Shown in pieces: positions 9,714-20,396 of a stretch of DNA of 64,000 nt. Each line of letters opens with the position of its first letter. The first letter of the stretch is position 1. A program made the position numbers and the translations under genes. The notes beneath the pieces are model-generated. The model saw only the letters and a program-made list of their open reading frames with translations, was not told the DNA's origin and made no database searches. Source of the stretch: an uncultured Candidatus Rokubacteria bacterium (GTDB lineage: Bacteria > Methylomirabilota > Methylomirabilia > Rokubacteriales > CSP1-6); NCBI GenBank assembly GCA_963771355.1, contig CAVYTA010000005.1, positions 128,001 to 192,000 on the forward strand, read 5' to 3'.

Positions 9714-10462
9714 GGCGCGACCACGCCCCCCAGGTACGCGCGCCGGACCTCGGGGTTGCGCTGGATCTCCAGCGGATTGCCCTCGGCGATCACGCTGCCG
9801 AAATGCATGACCGAGATCCGGTCGGACATGGTCATGACCACGTCGATCTTGTGCTCGATGAGAATGATGGTGTACCGCCCCTTGAGCTTGCGCACGAGCG
9901 TGACCATCTTCTGCGTCTCGTCCGGCGACAGCCCGGCCCCCGGCTCGTCCAGCAGCAGCAGCCGGGGGGCGGCCGCCAACGCGATGGCCAGCTCGAGCTG
10001 CCGCTGCTCGCCGTGGGAGATCTCGCGGGCGGGGAGGCCCGCCTTCTCGCCGAGCCCCACCTCGCCCAGCACCTCGAGCGCCCGCCGCGTGAGCTCCGGG
10101 TAGCGGTCGGCCCGTCGCCACGCCATTCCCCGCCAGGACTGCTGCCGGGCGAAGGTGGCCAGCCAGACATTGTCCAGGATCGACAGGGTGGGGAAGATGC
10201 TGGTGCGCTGGAACGACCGGGCGATTCCCAGGTGGGCGATGCGGTGCGGCGGCGTTCCCGCGATGTCGCGCCCGTCGAAGATGATCCGGCCCGACGTCGG
10301 CGCGTGCTGGCCCGTGAGCAAGTTGAAGAACGTGGTCTTGCCCGCTCCGTTCGGCCCGATCACGGAGTGCAGCGAGCCCTCCTCGACCTCGAGCGTGACC
10401 GCGTTGACCGCGACGAGAGCCCCGAAGGACTTGGTCAGGCGCTCGGTTCTAACGAGGGGCAT
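9710..10462 (-). CDS. ABC transporter ATP-binding protein (LivG-like)
   Basis: GPNGAGKTTFFN, SHGEQRQLELA, LLLLDEP, C-terminal RAYLG. Confidence 0.92.
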   Translation of the reverse strand: MPLVRTERLTKSFGALVAVNAVTLEVEEGSLHSVIGPNGAGKTTFFNLLTGQHAPTSGRIIFDGRDIAGTPPHRIAHLGIARSFQRTSIFPTLSILDNVWLATFARQQSWRGMAWRRADRYPELTRRALEVLGEVGLGEKAGLPAREISHGEQRQLELAIALAAAPRLLLLDEPGAGLSPDETQKMVTLVRKLKGRYTIILIEHKIDVVMTMSDRISVMHFGSVIAEGNPLEIQRNPEVRRAYLGGVVAP

Positions 10463-11411
10463 CGGCTCCGACCACGGTGGGCGCGCGATGCGCCGCGCGC
10501 CAGGCCCAGAAGCGCGCCCACGCCTCCACCACGCCGCCCCGGAAGAACAGCACCACGATCACGAAGGCCACGCCGAGCAGGAGGGGCCAGCGGGCCCACA
10601 TGGAGCTGACCGACTCCGACAGCCAGATGAACACGAACGAGCCGATGACCGGTCCGTACAGCGACCCCGAGCCGCCGATGAGCGTGGCGAAGACGACATT
10701 GCCGGAGAACACGAACCCGATGGACTCGAGCGGCACGATGCCGAAGAGCATGGCGTAGAGCACCCCCGCCAGGCCCGAGTAGGCGCCCCCCACCACGAAG
10801 GCGGCCAGCTTCATGCGGGGCACGTTGTAGCCGAGGGCTTCCGCCCGCAGCTCGTTCTCGCGGATGGCCTGGAGGATCTTGCCGAGCGGCGACTCGACGA
10901 CGCGCTTCATGATCCAGAGCGACAGGAGGAAGAGCAGGGCGACGGCGGCGTAGTACGCGAGGGGGCCGTGGATGTCCAGGCCCAGCACGCTCGGGCGGGG
11001 AATCCCGGGCATGCCGTCCTCGCCCCCCGTCACCGTCGTCCACTGATAGGCCGTGAAGTAGAACATCTGGTTCAGGGCGAAGGTCAGCATGATGAAGTAG
11101 AGACCGGAGCGCTGCACGCAGAGATAGCCGACGGCGGCCGCCGACACCGCGCCCACCACGATCCCGAGGCCGAGGGCGAGGAAGACGTTGATGCCGTAGA
11201 ACTTCAGCAGGTAGCCCGCCACGTAGGCGGCCGAGCCGAAGAACGTCGCCTGCCCGAAGGAGAGCAGCCCCGTATAGCCCATGAGCAGGTTCAGGCCGAG
11301 GCCGAAGATCGCGAAGATCCAGATCTCGGTGGCGATGGCGTGCCGGACGAAGAGGGGAAGCGCCACCACCGCGGCCAGAATCGCCAGCCATGCCTTGGTG
11401 CTCGCCGTCAT
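10449..11411 (-). CDS. Branched-chain amino acid ABC permease (LivM-like)
   Basis: GLNLLMGYTGLLSFGQ, TGGEDG and AIRENE motifs. Confidence 0.92.
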   Translation of the reverse strand: MTASTKAWLAILAAVVALPLFVRHAIATEIWIFAIFGLGLNLLMGYTGLLSFGQATFFGSAAYVAGYLLKFYGINVFLALGLGIVVGAVSAAAVGYLCVQRSGLYFIMLTFALNQMFYFTAYQWTTVTGGEDGMPGIPRPSVLGLDIHGPLAYYAAVALLFLLSLWIMKRVVESPLGKILQAIRENELRAEALGYNVPRMKLAAFVVGGAYSGLAGVLYAMLFGIVPLESIGFVFSGNVVFATLIGGSGSLYGPVIGSFVFIWLSESVSSMWARWPLLLGVAFVIVVLFFRGGVVEAWARFWAWRAAHRAPTVVGADAPR

Positions 11412-12271
11412 CGGATGCCGAACAGCCCCTGCGGGCGCACGAGGAGGACGGCGGCCATGACGGCGAAGATGACCGCCACCGAGGCCTCCGGCCAGACGAG
11501 CGCCACCAGGCTCTGGGCCAGGCCTACGAGCAGTCCCGCCACGATGGAGCCCAGAAGGTTACCGAGCCCGGCCAGCGCGACGACCACGAAGGCGATGCCG
11601 AGCATGTCCACGCCCATCCAGGGATTCAGGCCACGAATGGGCGCGGTGAGCGCGCCGGCGACCCCGGCCAGGACGCAGCCCAGCGCAAACGCGGCGGTGA
11701 AGAGGCGGTGGATGTCGATGCCGAGGAGGGCCACCATCTCCTTGTCCTCGATGCCGGCGCGCATGATGGCGCCGTAGCGCGTCTTCTCCAGGAAGAGCCA
11801 GGCGCCGAACACCAGGAGCGCGGCCGCCACCATCACGAAGAGTCGGTACTTCGGGTAGAACGTGATCCCGAGGTCGATGCCGCCGCGCAAGATCGGGGGC
11901 GGGAGCTGGCTCATGCCGACCGGGCTCCAGACGATGATGATGCCCTCGGTGACGATGAGCGAGAGGCCGAAGGTGAGCAGGAGCTGGTAGTCGTGGCCGG
12001 CCTTGTAGAGCGGGCGGATTCCGCCGTACTCGATCAAGACCCCCAGGAGCCCCACCCCCAGCGGGGCCAGCAGGAGCGCCAGCCAGAAGTTGTCGACGAG
12101 CTGGATCACCGTGTAGAGAAAATACGCGCCGAGGGCGAAGAGCGCGCCGTGGGCGAAGTTGGGGATATTGAGCACGCCCGTGATGATGGAGAGCCCGATG
12201 CCCATGAGGGCGTAAAGCATGCCCGTGGCCAGGCCGTTGAGGACCTGGCTGAAGAGAAGGGGGGCCTTCAC
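11408..12271 (-). CDS. Branched-chain amino acid ABC permease (LivH-like)
   Basis: GLSIITGVLNIPNFAHGA and AFVVVALAGLG motifs. Confidence 0.92.
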   Translation of the reverse strand: MKAPLLFSQVLNGLATGMLYALMGIGLSIITGVLNIPNFAHGALFALGAYFLYTVIQLVDNFWLALLLAPLGVGLLGVLIEYGGIRPLYKAGHDYQLLLTFGLSLIVTEGIIIVWSPVGMSQLPPPILRGGIDLGITFYPKYRLFVMVAAALLVFGAWLFLEKTRYGAIMRAGIEDKEMVALLGIDIHRLFTAAFALGCVLAGVAGALTAPIRGLNPWMGVDMLGIAFVVVALAGLGNLLGSIVAGLLVGLAQSLVALVWPEASVAVIFAVMAAVLLVRPQGLFGIR

Positions 12272-12287
12272 GCGGCGGAGATGCCCG

Positions 12288-13508
12288 CTAGAGCGACCCT
12301 ATGTCTTTGCAGGCCGCGTACTCCGCCGGCAGCGGCGTCGAGCCCGTCGCGACGATGTCCGCGAAGTCCATGGGGTGCTTCATCGCGTCCTTCTTCTTGC
12401 AGCGCATGAAGAAGTAGGGGCGCAGCGTCTGGTGGGTCTTCGGATCCACGCGCATCTTGCCCACCAGGTCCTCCACCTCGAGCCCCTCGCAGGCCTTGAT
12501 GACGTCGGGCACCTCGGTGGACTTGGCCTTGTCCATCGCGTGCAGCATCATCCGCGTCATGCCGTAGGCGGCGGCCGGCGCGTAGCCGGGAGGGCCGCCG
12601 AACTTGGCCTGGTAGTTCTTCACGAACTCGCGCGCCACCGGCGTATCCGCCGTGTAGTAGAAGTTCGAGCCGACCCACATGTTCTCCCGGATCTCCGGGT
12701 TGAGCTGGACCAGCTCCTCGACGCCGGAGGACCAGGTCAAGATCAGGGGGACCTTGGGCGTGAGCCCGAAATTGAAGATCTCGCGCGCCCCGGTGACGGC
12801 GTCGAGGCCGAAGTTGATCATGGCCACCACGTCGGGCTTGTTGGCGGCCGCCTTGGTCACGTAGTTGGAGAACTCGCGCTCGCCGAGCGGGTGCCGGTCG
12901 GCGCCCACGAACTCGATCCCGTGTCCCTTCCCCACTTCCTTGATGTACTTCTCCACCGACCAGCCGAACGCGTAGTCGGCGACCAGCAGGTGCCAGCGCT
13001 TGGCCCTGGGATTGGCCTGCATGAAGGTGTCCACCACGGTCTTGGCGGCCGTATACGGGCTCGCCGCCCACTGGAAGGAGTACTTGTGACAGCGCGCGCC
13101 CGAGATGTCCTCGGTGCCGCCGCTGAAGTAGTGGAAGGTCTTCTTCCGCTTGGCGACCTCGGACACGGCCAGCGCGACGCCCGAGGACCAGGGGCCGATG
13201 ATGTACTTGACGCCGTCGGCGTCGATGGCTTCCTCGGCGCGGCGCGTGGCGCTGCCCGCCTTGGTCTCGTCGTCGCGGGTGATGTACTTGATCGTCCTGC
13301 CCTGGACCTTCATGCCGCGCTCGTCGAGGGCCATCTTCATGCCGCGGTCGAGGACGGGACCGACGTCGGAAAAGGCGCCGGTGAAGGACCAGAGACCCAG
13401 CACGGGGAGCTCCTTCGACTGGGCCCGGAGCACGGCCGGGAAGCCGAGTCCCGCCGCCGCGGCGGCGCCGCCCAGTTTCAGCACATCCCGTCGAGTGAAT
13501 TTGCTCAT
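12288..13508 (-). CDS. Tat-exported ABC substrate-binding protein (Liv/PBP1 family)
   Basis: Start MSKFTRRDVLK (twin-arginine) at 13508 after an AGCGGGGAGA RBS-like stretch; RDDETK and ADYAFG motifs. Confidence 0.9.
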   Translation of the reverse strand: MSKFTRRDVLKLGGAAAAAGLGFPAVLRAQSKELPVLGLWSFTGAFSDVGPVLDRGMKMALDERGMKVQGRTIKYITRDDETKAGSATRRAEEAIDADGVKYIIGPWSSGVALAVSEVAKRKKTFHYFSGGTEDISGARCHKYSFQWAASPYTAAKTVVDTFMQANPRAKRWHLLVADYAFGWSVEKYIKEVGKGHGIEFVGADRHPLGEREFSNYVTKAAANKPDVVAMINFGLDAVTGAREIFNFGLTPKVPLILTWSSGVEELVQLNPEIRENMWVGSNFYYTADTPVAREFVKNYQAKFGGPPGYAPAAAYGMTRMMLHAMDKAKSTEVPDVIKACEGLEVEDLVGKMRVDPKTHQTLRPYFFMRCKKKDAMKHPMDFADIVATGSTPLPAEYAACKDIGSL

Positions 13509-13671
13509 CGTGAATTCTCCCCGCTGGTGTGGGTTGGGTCCCGGCTCCGGCCTGTTCGCAGGGAGAATCGGCCCAACCCGGGGCGGTGTCAAGGGCATGC
13601 CTTCCGCTTGACAGATCGCGGGGGGCGCCGCTAGTGTTTGCCCGCCGGCAACCTCAATGGGGAGACCGTCG

Positions 13672-14910
13672 ATGGGCTATCTGATCACCAACGTGAAAGT
13701 CCTTGACGGCACCGGGCGGGAGCCCTTCAACGGCGCCGTCCGCGTCGAGGGCAACCGCATCGCCGAGGTCCTCGCGGGCCCGGCTGCGCCCGTTCCCGCC
13801 GGCGCCACCGTCATCGATGGCCGCGGGGCCACGCTGATGCCCGGCCTCGTCGAATCCCACGCCCATATCGGCCTGGCCGACATGACGTCCCACGAGCTGA
13901 CGCGGCTCCCCCCCGAGGAGCACATGCTGATCACGGTGCGCAACGCGAAGACCATGCTCGATTGCGGCTATACGAGCGCGTTCTCCGCGGCGGCGCCCAA
14001 GCCGCGGCTGGATGTGGTCCTCAAGCGCGAGATCGAAGCCGGTCGCGTGCCGGGACCGCGCCTCCTCGCCAATGGCCCCGAGATCACGGTCACCGGAGGC
14101 CTCGGCGACAGCAACCTGCTGCACCTGCCCCACTACGAGACGCCCACGTTTTCCTGGGTGGCCGACGGGCCCGATGCGATCCGCCGGGTGTGCCGTCTCC
14201 TCGCGCGCGAAGGCGTGGACCTGCTCAAGCTGAACCTGTCGGGCGATATCGGGACCTCCAGCTTCCCGTCGGAGCAGACCCCGATGACGGACGCCGAGGT
14301 AGGAGCGGCCATGGAGGTCGCGCGGTCGGCCGAGCTGCGCGTGGCCGCGCATTGCCGGAGCGCGGAGTCCGTGCTGCGGGCCCTTCGCCACGGCGTCGAG
14401 GTCATCTACCATGCGAACTGGGCCGACGAGCGCGCGCTCGACGCGCTGGAGGCGGCGCGCGACCGCATCTTCGTGGGCCCCGCCCTCGGCATCACCTACA
14501 ACCTGAGCCAGGCCGGCGGCCAGTGGGGCGTCACCGCCGAGCGGTCCCAGGCCTTCGAGCGCGAGCTGGAGGTGTCGGTGGAGACGGTGGCCCGGATGCG
14601 CAAGCGGGGTATCCGCGTCCTGCCCGGCGGCGACTACGGGTTCACCTACACGCCGCACGGCACCTACGCGCGAGATCTGTGGCTCTTCGTCAAGATCCTC
14701 GGCTTCTCGCCCATGGATACCATCGTGGCTGCCACCAAGCTGGGCGGCGAGATCATGGGACGCCCCGGCGAGCTGGGCGTCGTCACCGTCGGCGCGCTGG
14801 CGGATCTCCTCTTGGTGGACGGCGACCCGCTCAGCGACATCGCGATCCTCCAGGACCGCAACGCGCTCCGGATGATCATGAAGGATGGCGCGCTCCACAA
14901 GGCGCCCTGA
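13672..14910 (+). CDS. Amidohydrolase family protein (metal-dependent, Xaa-Pro dipeptidase-like subgroup)
   Basis: MPGLVESHAH (HxH), VAAHC, IYHAN, GGDYG, ADLLLVDGDPL. Divergent from the ABC operon. Confidence 0.88.
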   Translation: MGYLITNVKVLDGTGREPFNGAVRVEGNRIAEVLAGPAAPVPAGATVIDGRGATLMPGLVESHAHIGLADMTSHELTRLPPEEHMLITVRNAKTMLDCGYTSAFSAAAPKPRLDVVLKREIEAGRVPGPRLLANGPEITVTGGLGDSNLLHLPHYETPTFSWVADGPDAIRRVCRLLAREGVDLLKLNLSGDIGTSSFPSEQTPMTDAEVGAAMEVARSAELRVAAHCRSAESVLRALRHGVEVIYHANWADERALDALEAARDRIFVGPALGITYNLSQAGGQWGVTAERSQAFERELEVSVETVARMRKRGIRVLPGGDYGFTYTPHGTYARDLWLFVKILGFSPMDTIVAATKLGGEIMGRPGELGVVTVGALADLLLVDGDPLSDIAILQDRNALRMIMKDGALHKAP

Positions 14911-14925
14911 GCTGTACGGAGCCCG

Positions 14926-16413
14926 TCAGCGCCGGCCGCCCTCGTCCCCGCGCCACTCCACGGCACCGAACCGGGTGCGGCCCAGGAAGTTGTAGGTGAG
15001 GCTGAGGGTCTCGATCTTCTGGTGGCGATCGGGCAGGCCGGCCTGGGTGGCGTGGCGCATGGACCGGGAGTACTGGAGTCCCAGCGCGTGCGGCCCCCAC
15101 AGCCGGACGCTCAAGCCAGCGTTGATGCGGCCGATGATCTCGTCGCCGAAGTTGGAGGTCTTCACGCCGCCCTCCCGGCCCGAGCCCGCCGCCACGAAGA
15201 AGCCGCGCCCCAGCACCTCGAGCATGGCCCGGTCGCCGAAGATGATCCGCGCGCCGAGGACGACCTGCGGGACCACGCCGAAGTGGTAGTCCCGCTCGGC
15301 CCGGTCGGCGACGGTGCCCGCCGCGCCGAAGCCGACGCCACCCAGCGCGGTGCCCTGGAGCGCCACCACCTGCGACAGCCACCTCTGGGCCACGGTGCCG
15401 AGCGAGAGCGCCGTGGTCGAGACCCGGAAGATCTGCGGCGAGAGATAGTCGTAGCTGCCGAAGAGACCCCAGAGCCCGCGCCCACTGGTGCCGGCGTCGT
15501 AGCCGGTGCCAACGAGGAGCCCGCGAATCGACGCGTTCTCGATGGCGTTGGAGACGTCGTCGGCGCTGGGGACGACGTGGAGGTCAAAGGTGAAGAAATC
15601 GAACGGGCGCTGATAGCGATAGCCCGGCTTGCCGGGGAGCCCGTAAGACATGTTGTATTCGATGAGGCCTTCGACATCGTTGACCTCGACGTTGCCGCCC
15701 AGCCCCTCGTTCTTCACGCTGGTGGTGAGGGTGGCGCCGAGCCGGAGCCGGATGTACACCGCCGGGTCGCGGCTGGGGAAGATGGCGTCGAACCGGTCGC
15801 CGAAGACGAGCCGGTTGAACCCGGTGGGCGGCGAGATGAGGGCCGCGCCCAGCTCGCGCCAGAACCCGGGCGTTTCGCCGCCGCCGCCCTCGAGCAGCAG
15901 GCTCGCCATGCGGAACAGCGCCTCGCCCACGAAGGTGCCCCCGATGCCGGTCGTGATGTGATCGTTGAGCGAGGGGCGCGTGGTCTCGCCGTAGGTTTCC
16001 CAGAGGAAGCTTCCGGCGAGGGTGTAGAGCAGGGACTCCCAGTAGCTCAGCCCCGCCGAGCGCGCGAAGCCGTAGTAGATGCTGCCCTGATACGGATGTC
16101 CGATCTGATTGATGCTGAACGGGTCCTTGTCGATGACCGTCGAGCTGGTCACGTTGTCCCAGAACGTGCGTGCGTTGCTGCCGTACTCCTCCTCGTCGAT
16201 GAAGTGCCGGTTGAACTGATTCATCGCGAAGACGAATCCGGTGACCTCGAGGGCGGGGATGAGATAGTTCAGGTAATTCTTGCCGGCCCCCCAGGCCCGC
16301 TCGCGCGCGGCCGGAGGATCCTCGGCGGCGGCGGGAACCGATACCGCGAGGACGATCGCGATGGCGCACAGGATGACCGCCCGCTGCCGCGCGGTGCGAC
16401 CTGAGGGCCACAT
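14926..16413 (-). CDS. DUF3943-domain exported / outer-membrane protein
   Basis: Signal peptide; DKDPFSINQIGHPYQGSIYYGFARSAG..SFLWETYGETTRPSLNDHITT (DUF3943-like); beta-rich C-terminus. Confidence 0.75.
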   Translation of the reverse strand: MWPSGRTARQRAVILCAIAIVLAVSVPAAAEDPPAARERAWGAGKNYLNYLIPALEVTGFVFAMNQFNRHFIDEEEYGSNARTFWDNVTSSTVIDKDPFSINQIGHPYQGSIYYGFARSAGLSYWESLLYTLAGSFLWETYGETTRPSLNDHITTGIGGTFVGEALFRMASLLLEGGGGETPGFWRELGAALISPPTGFNRLVFGDRFDAIFPSRDPAVYIRLRLGATLTTSVKNEGLGGNVEVNDVEGLIEYNMSYGLPGKPGYRYQRPFDFFTFDLHVVPSADDVSNAIENASIRGLLVGTGYDAGTSGRGLWGLFGSYDYLSPQIFRVSTTALSLGTVAQRWLSQVVALQGTALGGVGFGAAGTVADRAERDYHFGVVPQVVLGARIIFGDRAMLEVLGRGFFVAAGSGREGGVKTSNFGDEIIGRINAGLSVRLWGPHALGLQYSRSMRHATQAGLPDRHQKIETLSLTYNFLGRTRFGAVEWRGDEGGRR

Positions 16414-16535
16414 CCGCCCACGCTAGCACATGAGAAAGCGACCCGGACCGATGATAGGCAGCGGCCCGGGCCTCCACGTCTCGGTGAACCCTACTCGGCA
16501 ATCACGCGCGCATTGCTCGTCCACACGATCACGCG

Positions 16536-16757
16536 CTACCGATGGCCGCGCCGCTCCCAGCCGCGCCGCTCCCAGCCCCCGGGGCGCCCGTGCCATCCAC
16601 CGCGGTAGTGCGGGGCGACCACGACCGGCGGCGAGACGATGACCGGCGGGCCGGGAACGTACACGCCGGGATACGACGGATCGACGACCGCGAAGCATCC
16701 GCCCAGCACCGAACCCGCCACGACGAATCCGAGAACCCACGTGAGTGAGCGCTTCAT
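16536..16757 (-). CDS. Small lipoprotein
   Basis: GGAGG RBS; signal peptide with lipobox LGGC; Pro-rich segment and GWERR tandem tail. Confidence 0.7.
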   Translation of the reverse strand: MKRSLTWVLGFVVAGSVLGGCFAVVDPSYPGVYVPGPPVIVSPPVVVAPHYRGGWHGRPGGWERRGWERRGHR

Positions 16758-16880
16758 GGGTGACCTCCTGTGTCGTGCTCCTGATGGAGTAGACGCAGGA
16801 AGCGGGGCGGGAATTTACATGGAGAGAAGGGGAACTCGGGCGGCGTCGCGCGAGTTTTAAGGAGGAAGTTCCCGCTCGAC

Positions 16881-19800
16881 CTAGCTGCCGAGCTCCTTGA
16901 GAAGCTGCCGCGCCTCGTCCGCCCCCGCGAACTTCCCTCCCGCTTGCAGAGAGCGGCGGAGCCACGTCTCCGCCTCGGCCTTGCGTCCGAGCCGATGATA
17001 GGTGAGGCCGAGGTGGTACTGGATCACGACGTCCTTGGTCGAGAGCTCGGAGGCCTGGCGCAGCAGCGGCTCGGCCTCCGCGTACTCGCCTCGCTTGTAG
17101 TGCACGAACCCCAGCGTGTCCAGCACACCGGGCAAGCTCGCCGCCCGGGCCTGGTCGGCGCGAATCAGCTCCTGAGCCTTGCGAGCATGACTCAGCGCCT
17201 CGTCGAGGTTCTTGCCCTGTGAGGCGAGGATCCACGCCACGTTGTTGAAGGGGCGCGGATCGTTGGGAGCGAGCGCCAGCGCGCGTCGGTAGGCGCCCAG
17301 GGCCGCGTCGAGCTCTCCACGCTGCTCGTAGGCGCCTCCGAGCCGGAGGTGGGCCAGCACGAGCTTGGGGTCGAGACGAATCGCGGTGTTCAGTGACTCG
17401 ATGGCCGGCGCGATCTGTCCGCGCCCCAGCAGCAGCTCGCCCAGGAGGACGTGAGCCGGCGCGAGCTTGGGCTGGGCGGCCACGACATCCCGCGTCAGCG
17501 CAATCCCCTCGTCGAATCGCCCCACCTGTCCGTAGAGGTTGGCGAGCTGGAGCTTCACGTCGTGACGGTCGGGACAGGGCCCTGGCGACGACCTTGAGAT
17601 GCTCGATGGCGGCCTCGCGGCTGCCACGGCGCTGGTAATAGCCCGCGAGGAGCCGGTTCGCCTCGACGTTCTCCGGCTCGACACGGAGCACGGCCTTGAG
17701 GTACTCGGTCGCCGCGTCGGGTTTGCCCTGCAGGACGAGCAGACCGGCCATGGCCATGTTCGCGGGCACGTACTGACCGGCTGATCTCGAGGATGCGCTT
17801 GAGCTCGGCCTCGGCCTGCGGGAGCTGGCGCGCCGCGAGCAGGGCCTGAGCCAGCGCGAAGCGCGTGGAGATGTTCTGCGGATCTCGGTCGAGGGCACGC
17901 TTGAGGTCGTCGATGTGGCCGGCCCGGACCTCGTCGCTCGGCTTTTCACCGGAGAGCGCCGCCAGCTCGATCCGGACCTGCTTGAGGTCGGGGTCGAGCT
18001 TGAGGGCCTGCTCGTAGGCCCGTCGCGCGCCCGCCACATCGCCCCTGGCGACGAGCGCGCGCCCGCGATAGTAGTGATTGCGGGCCAGGCCGGGATTGAG
18101 CTTGTTCACTTGCTCGAACTGCTTCAGGGCCTCTGCCGGGTCCCGCTTGCCGAGGTGGGCGAGACCCAGGAGCATCCTGGCCTCGACCAGTCCGGGCTTC
18201 GCGGCGACCAGCGGCGAGAGCTTGGCGATGGCCTGGTCGGGCGCGCCCTTCTTCAGATAGAAATCGGCGAGGGGCAGGACGAGCTCCGGCGCCTGAGGGT
18301 TGAGCGGAAGCACCGCCTCCAGGACCGGGATCGCCTGCTCGTATCTGCCGTCGCGGGCATGGACCTGCGCCAGCATCAGCGCCGCGGGGGCCGAGCCCGG
18401 CTGTGTCTTGAGAATTCGCCTGGAGCAGCGCCACCGCCTCGGCATCGCGCTTGGTATCCAGCAGGAGACGGGCGAGCTGGAAGCGCGCGGGTGCGAAGCG
18501 CTCGTCTGCCTTGAGGGCGCGGCGGTACTCCTCCTCCGCCTTCTTCGGCTCCTTCCTCGCGAGGTAGATGCCCCCGAGCAGGGTCCGCGCCTGGGCATTC
18601 TTGCTGTCGGCCGCGATCACTTGCTGGAGATAGGCGATCGCCTCGTCCTGCTTCCGGTCCCGGAGGAGCGTCGCGACTTTCCTCAGCAGGGCGGCCGGGT
18701 GTCTGGGATTGGCGAGCAGCACCGCCTCGTACTCCCGGAGCGCCGCGTCGGGCTTGCCTTCCAGGTTGTAGAGCTGGCCCAGGGCCATGTGCATCTGGGA
18801 GAACTGGGGCGCCACCTCCAGGGCCTTGGCGAACATCTCCTGGGCCTTGGCGAAGTCATTCCGCGCCACGTGGATCTGGCCGAGCAGCGCATACGGCTGA
18901 GGGCTCGAGGGGGCGAGCCTCTGCGCCTCTTCCGCGGCCCGCACCGCTTCCCGCCACTGTCCCAGCGTGGCATACGCTCGGCCCCGCTGCAGGTGATAGG
19001 TCGGCACCTTGGCCAGCGGCTTCGCCACCTTGTCCAGCTCCTCCAGGGCCTCCTGCGGCCGACTCGCCTGCACGTAGGCGGTGGCCAGGCTCAGGCGTGC
19101 CCACGCGTTGGTTGGGACCTGCTTGGTGACCTCGGTGAACTCGGTGATCGCCAGATCGGGACGACCGGCCTGCAGCGCCACTTGCCCGAGCACGTGGCGA
19201 GCCCGAGCGTGAAGTTCGGGAATCGCTGAGTGATGCGGGTGAGCAGGTTGATGGCCTCGCCGAATCGGCCCGCCCGCGAATACAGGTCGGCGAGCGCGAG
19301 CGCCACCGGCATCGATCGAGCCGCCGGGGGCATCCCTTCGAGCTCCTTGATCGCCTCGGCAATCTTGCCTTCAGCGTTCAGCAGCGCGCTGCGGACGAGG
19401 CGAACCTGGGGATTGTCCGGGCTCGCCCGCTTTGCCTCCGTCGAGCAGCTTCGCGGCCTCTTCGCTCTTGCCTTGGCGGAGAAGTATGCGCGCGAGGCCC
19501 ACCTGGGCCCCGGTCAGCCGGGGGTTCACGCCCGAGCGCGGTCCGGTACGCGGCCTCGGCCTTGTCCATCCGGCCGTGCCTGGGTCAAGGCATCGCCATA
19601 CGCCTGATGCATCTCGGGAATGGCGCCCGCACTGGCCTGTGCGCGCTCGAGCAGCGCGACGGCTTCTTTGGGATCGCCCTTCCCGATCCGGGCGGCTCCG
19701 AGCAAGATAGTTGACGAGGGGGCTGTCCGGCTCGATCCGGCGAATCGCCTCGGCCTGCTCTTCCGCCTTGTTCGAGTCTCCCACTGCGAGGAATGACTGC

Positions 19801-20153
19801 CCGAGCAGGAGCCGGATCGGGATCGCCCCCGCCTCCCGTTCCGCCGCTCGGCTCAGCTCCCTGGCCGCATCGAGGTACCATCCCTTGGCGTAATACGCGC
19901 GGCCGAGGGCGTGGAGGGCGGGCACGAAGGTCGGATCCAGCTGCAGGGCATTCTTCAGCTCGATGACCGCTTCGTTGTACTTGCCTTCTTCCAGGAAGCG
20001 CGAGCCCCGTTCGACGTGCTGCTGCTTCTTGACGACGGGATCCTGGGTACAGCCGAGAAAGACGAGAGGGGTAAGCAGGGTGAGGGCTAGCGAGAACGAT
20101 CTTGGTCCGCCGCCCAAGGTGTACCGCAGGCGTCGTGTCCTGAGATTCTGCAT
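16881..20153 (-). CDS. prsT: PrsT-like XrtA/PEP-CTERM system TPR-repeat lipoprotein (about 1090 aa), broken by about 7-8 frameshifts
   Basis: Lipobox FLGC followed by KYNEAVIELKNALQLDP; continuous TPR repeats across track ORFs 19371-20171, 19378-19569, 19091-19333, 17946-19193, 17555-18598 and 16881-17684; C-terminal NNVAW..LDTLGFVHY..IQYHLG..FAGADEARQLL typical of PrsT. Adjacent to a PEP-CTERM-like gene. Confidence 0.72.
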
Positions 20154-20210
20154 GCCGAGCACAGAATACACCCGGAGCTGCCCGACTAGCCGCCCCGTTA
20201 CGGAGTGCGT

Positions 20211-20300
20211 CGTAGAACTTTACAATCCGGCCCGGGAATTTAATTTCCTATCTATAAGGCATTGAAAAACAAGACCTAATATCCAGGCATGATTCCTGCT
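20211..20300 (+). promoter_or_regulatory. Sigma54 promoter (GG-N10-GC at 20286-20299) with upstream TTTACA enhancer-like site (20219-20224) and an AT-rich spacer
   Basis: AGGCATGATTCCTGCT fits the -24/-12 spacing. CGTAGAACTTTACA lies 61 nt upstream, with an AT-rich tract at about 20237-20280. This architecture matches that reported upstream of PEP-CTERM genes. Confidence 0.68.
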
Positions 20301-20396
20301 CTAAGCCACTGCCAAGAGGACATTTGACAAGTCTTGGTCTATCTCCCGTATGTCCCGGCCCCCGGGGTCGGCCGATAGCCAAGAAAGAGATAAGCA

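Noticed and set aside
16553..16582. 15-bp direct repeat CCGCGCCGCTCCCAG x2
   Set aside because: Simply encodes the duplicated GWERR tail of the small lipoprotein.
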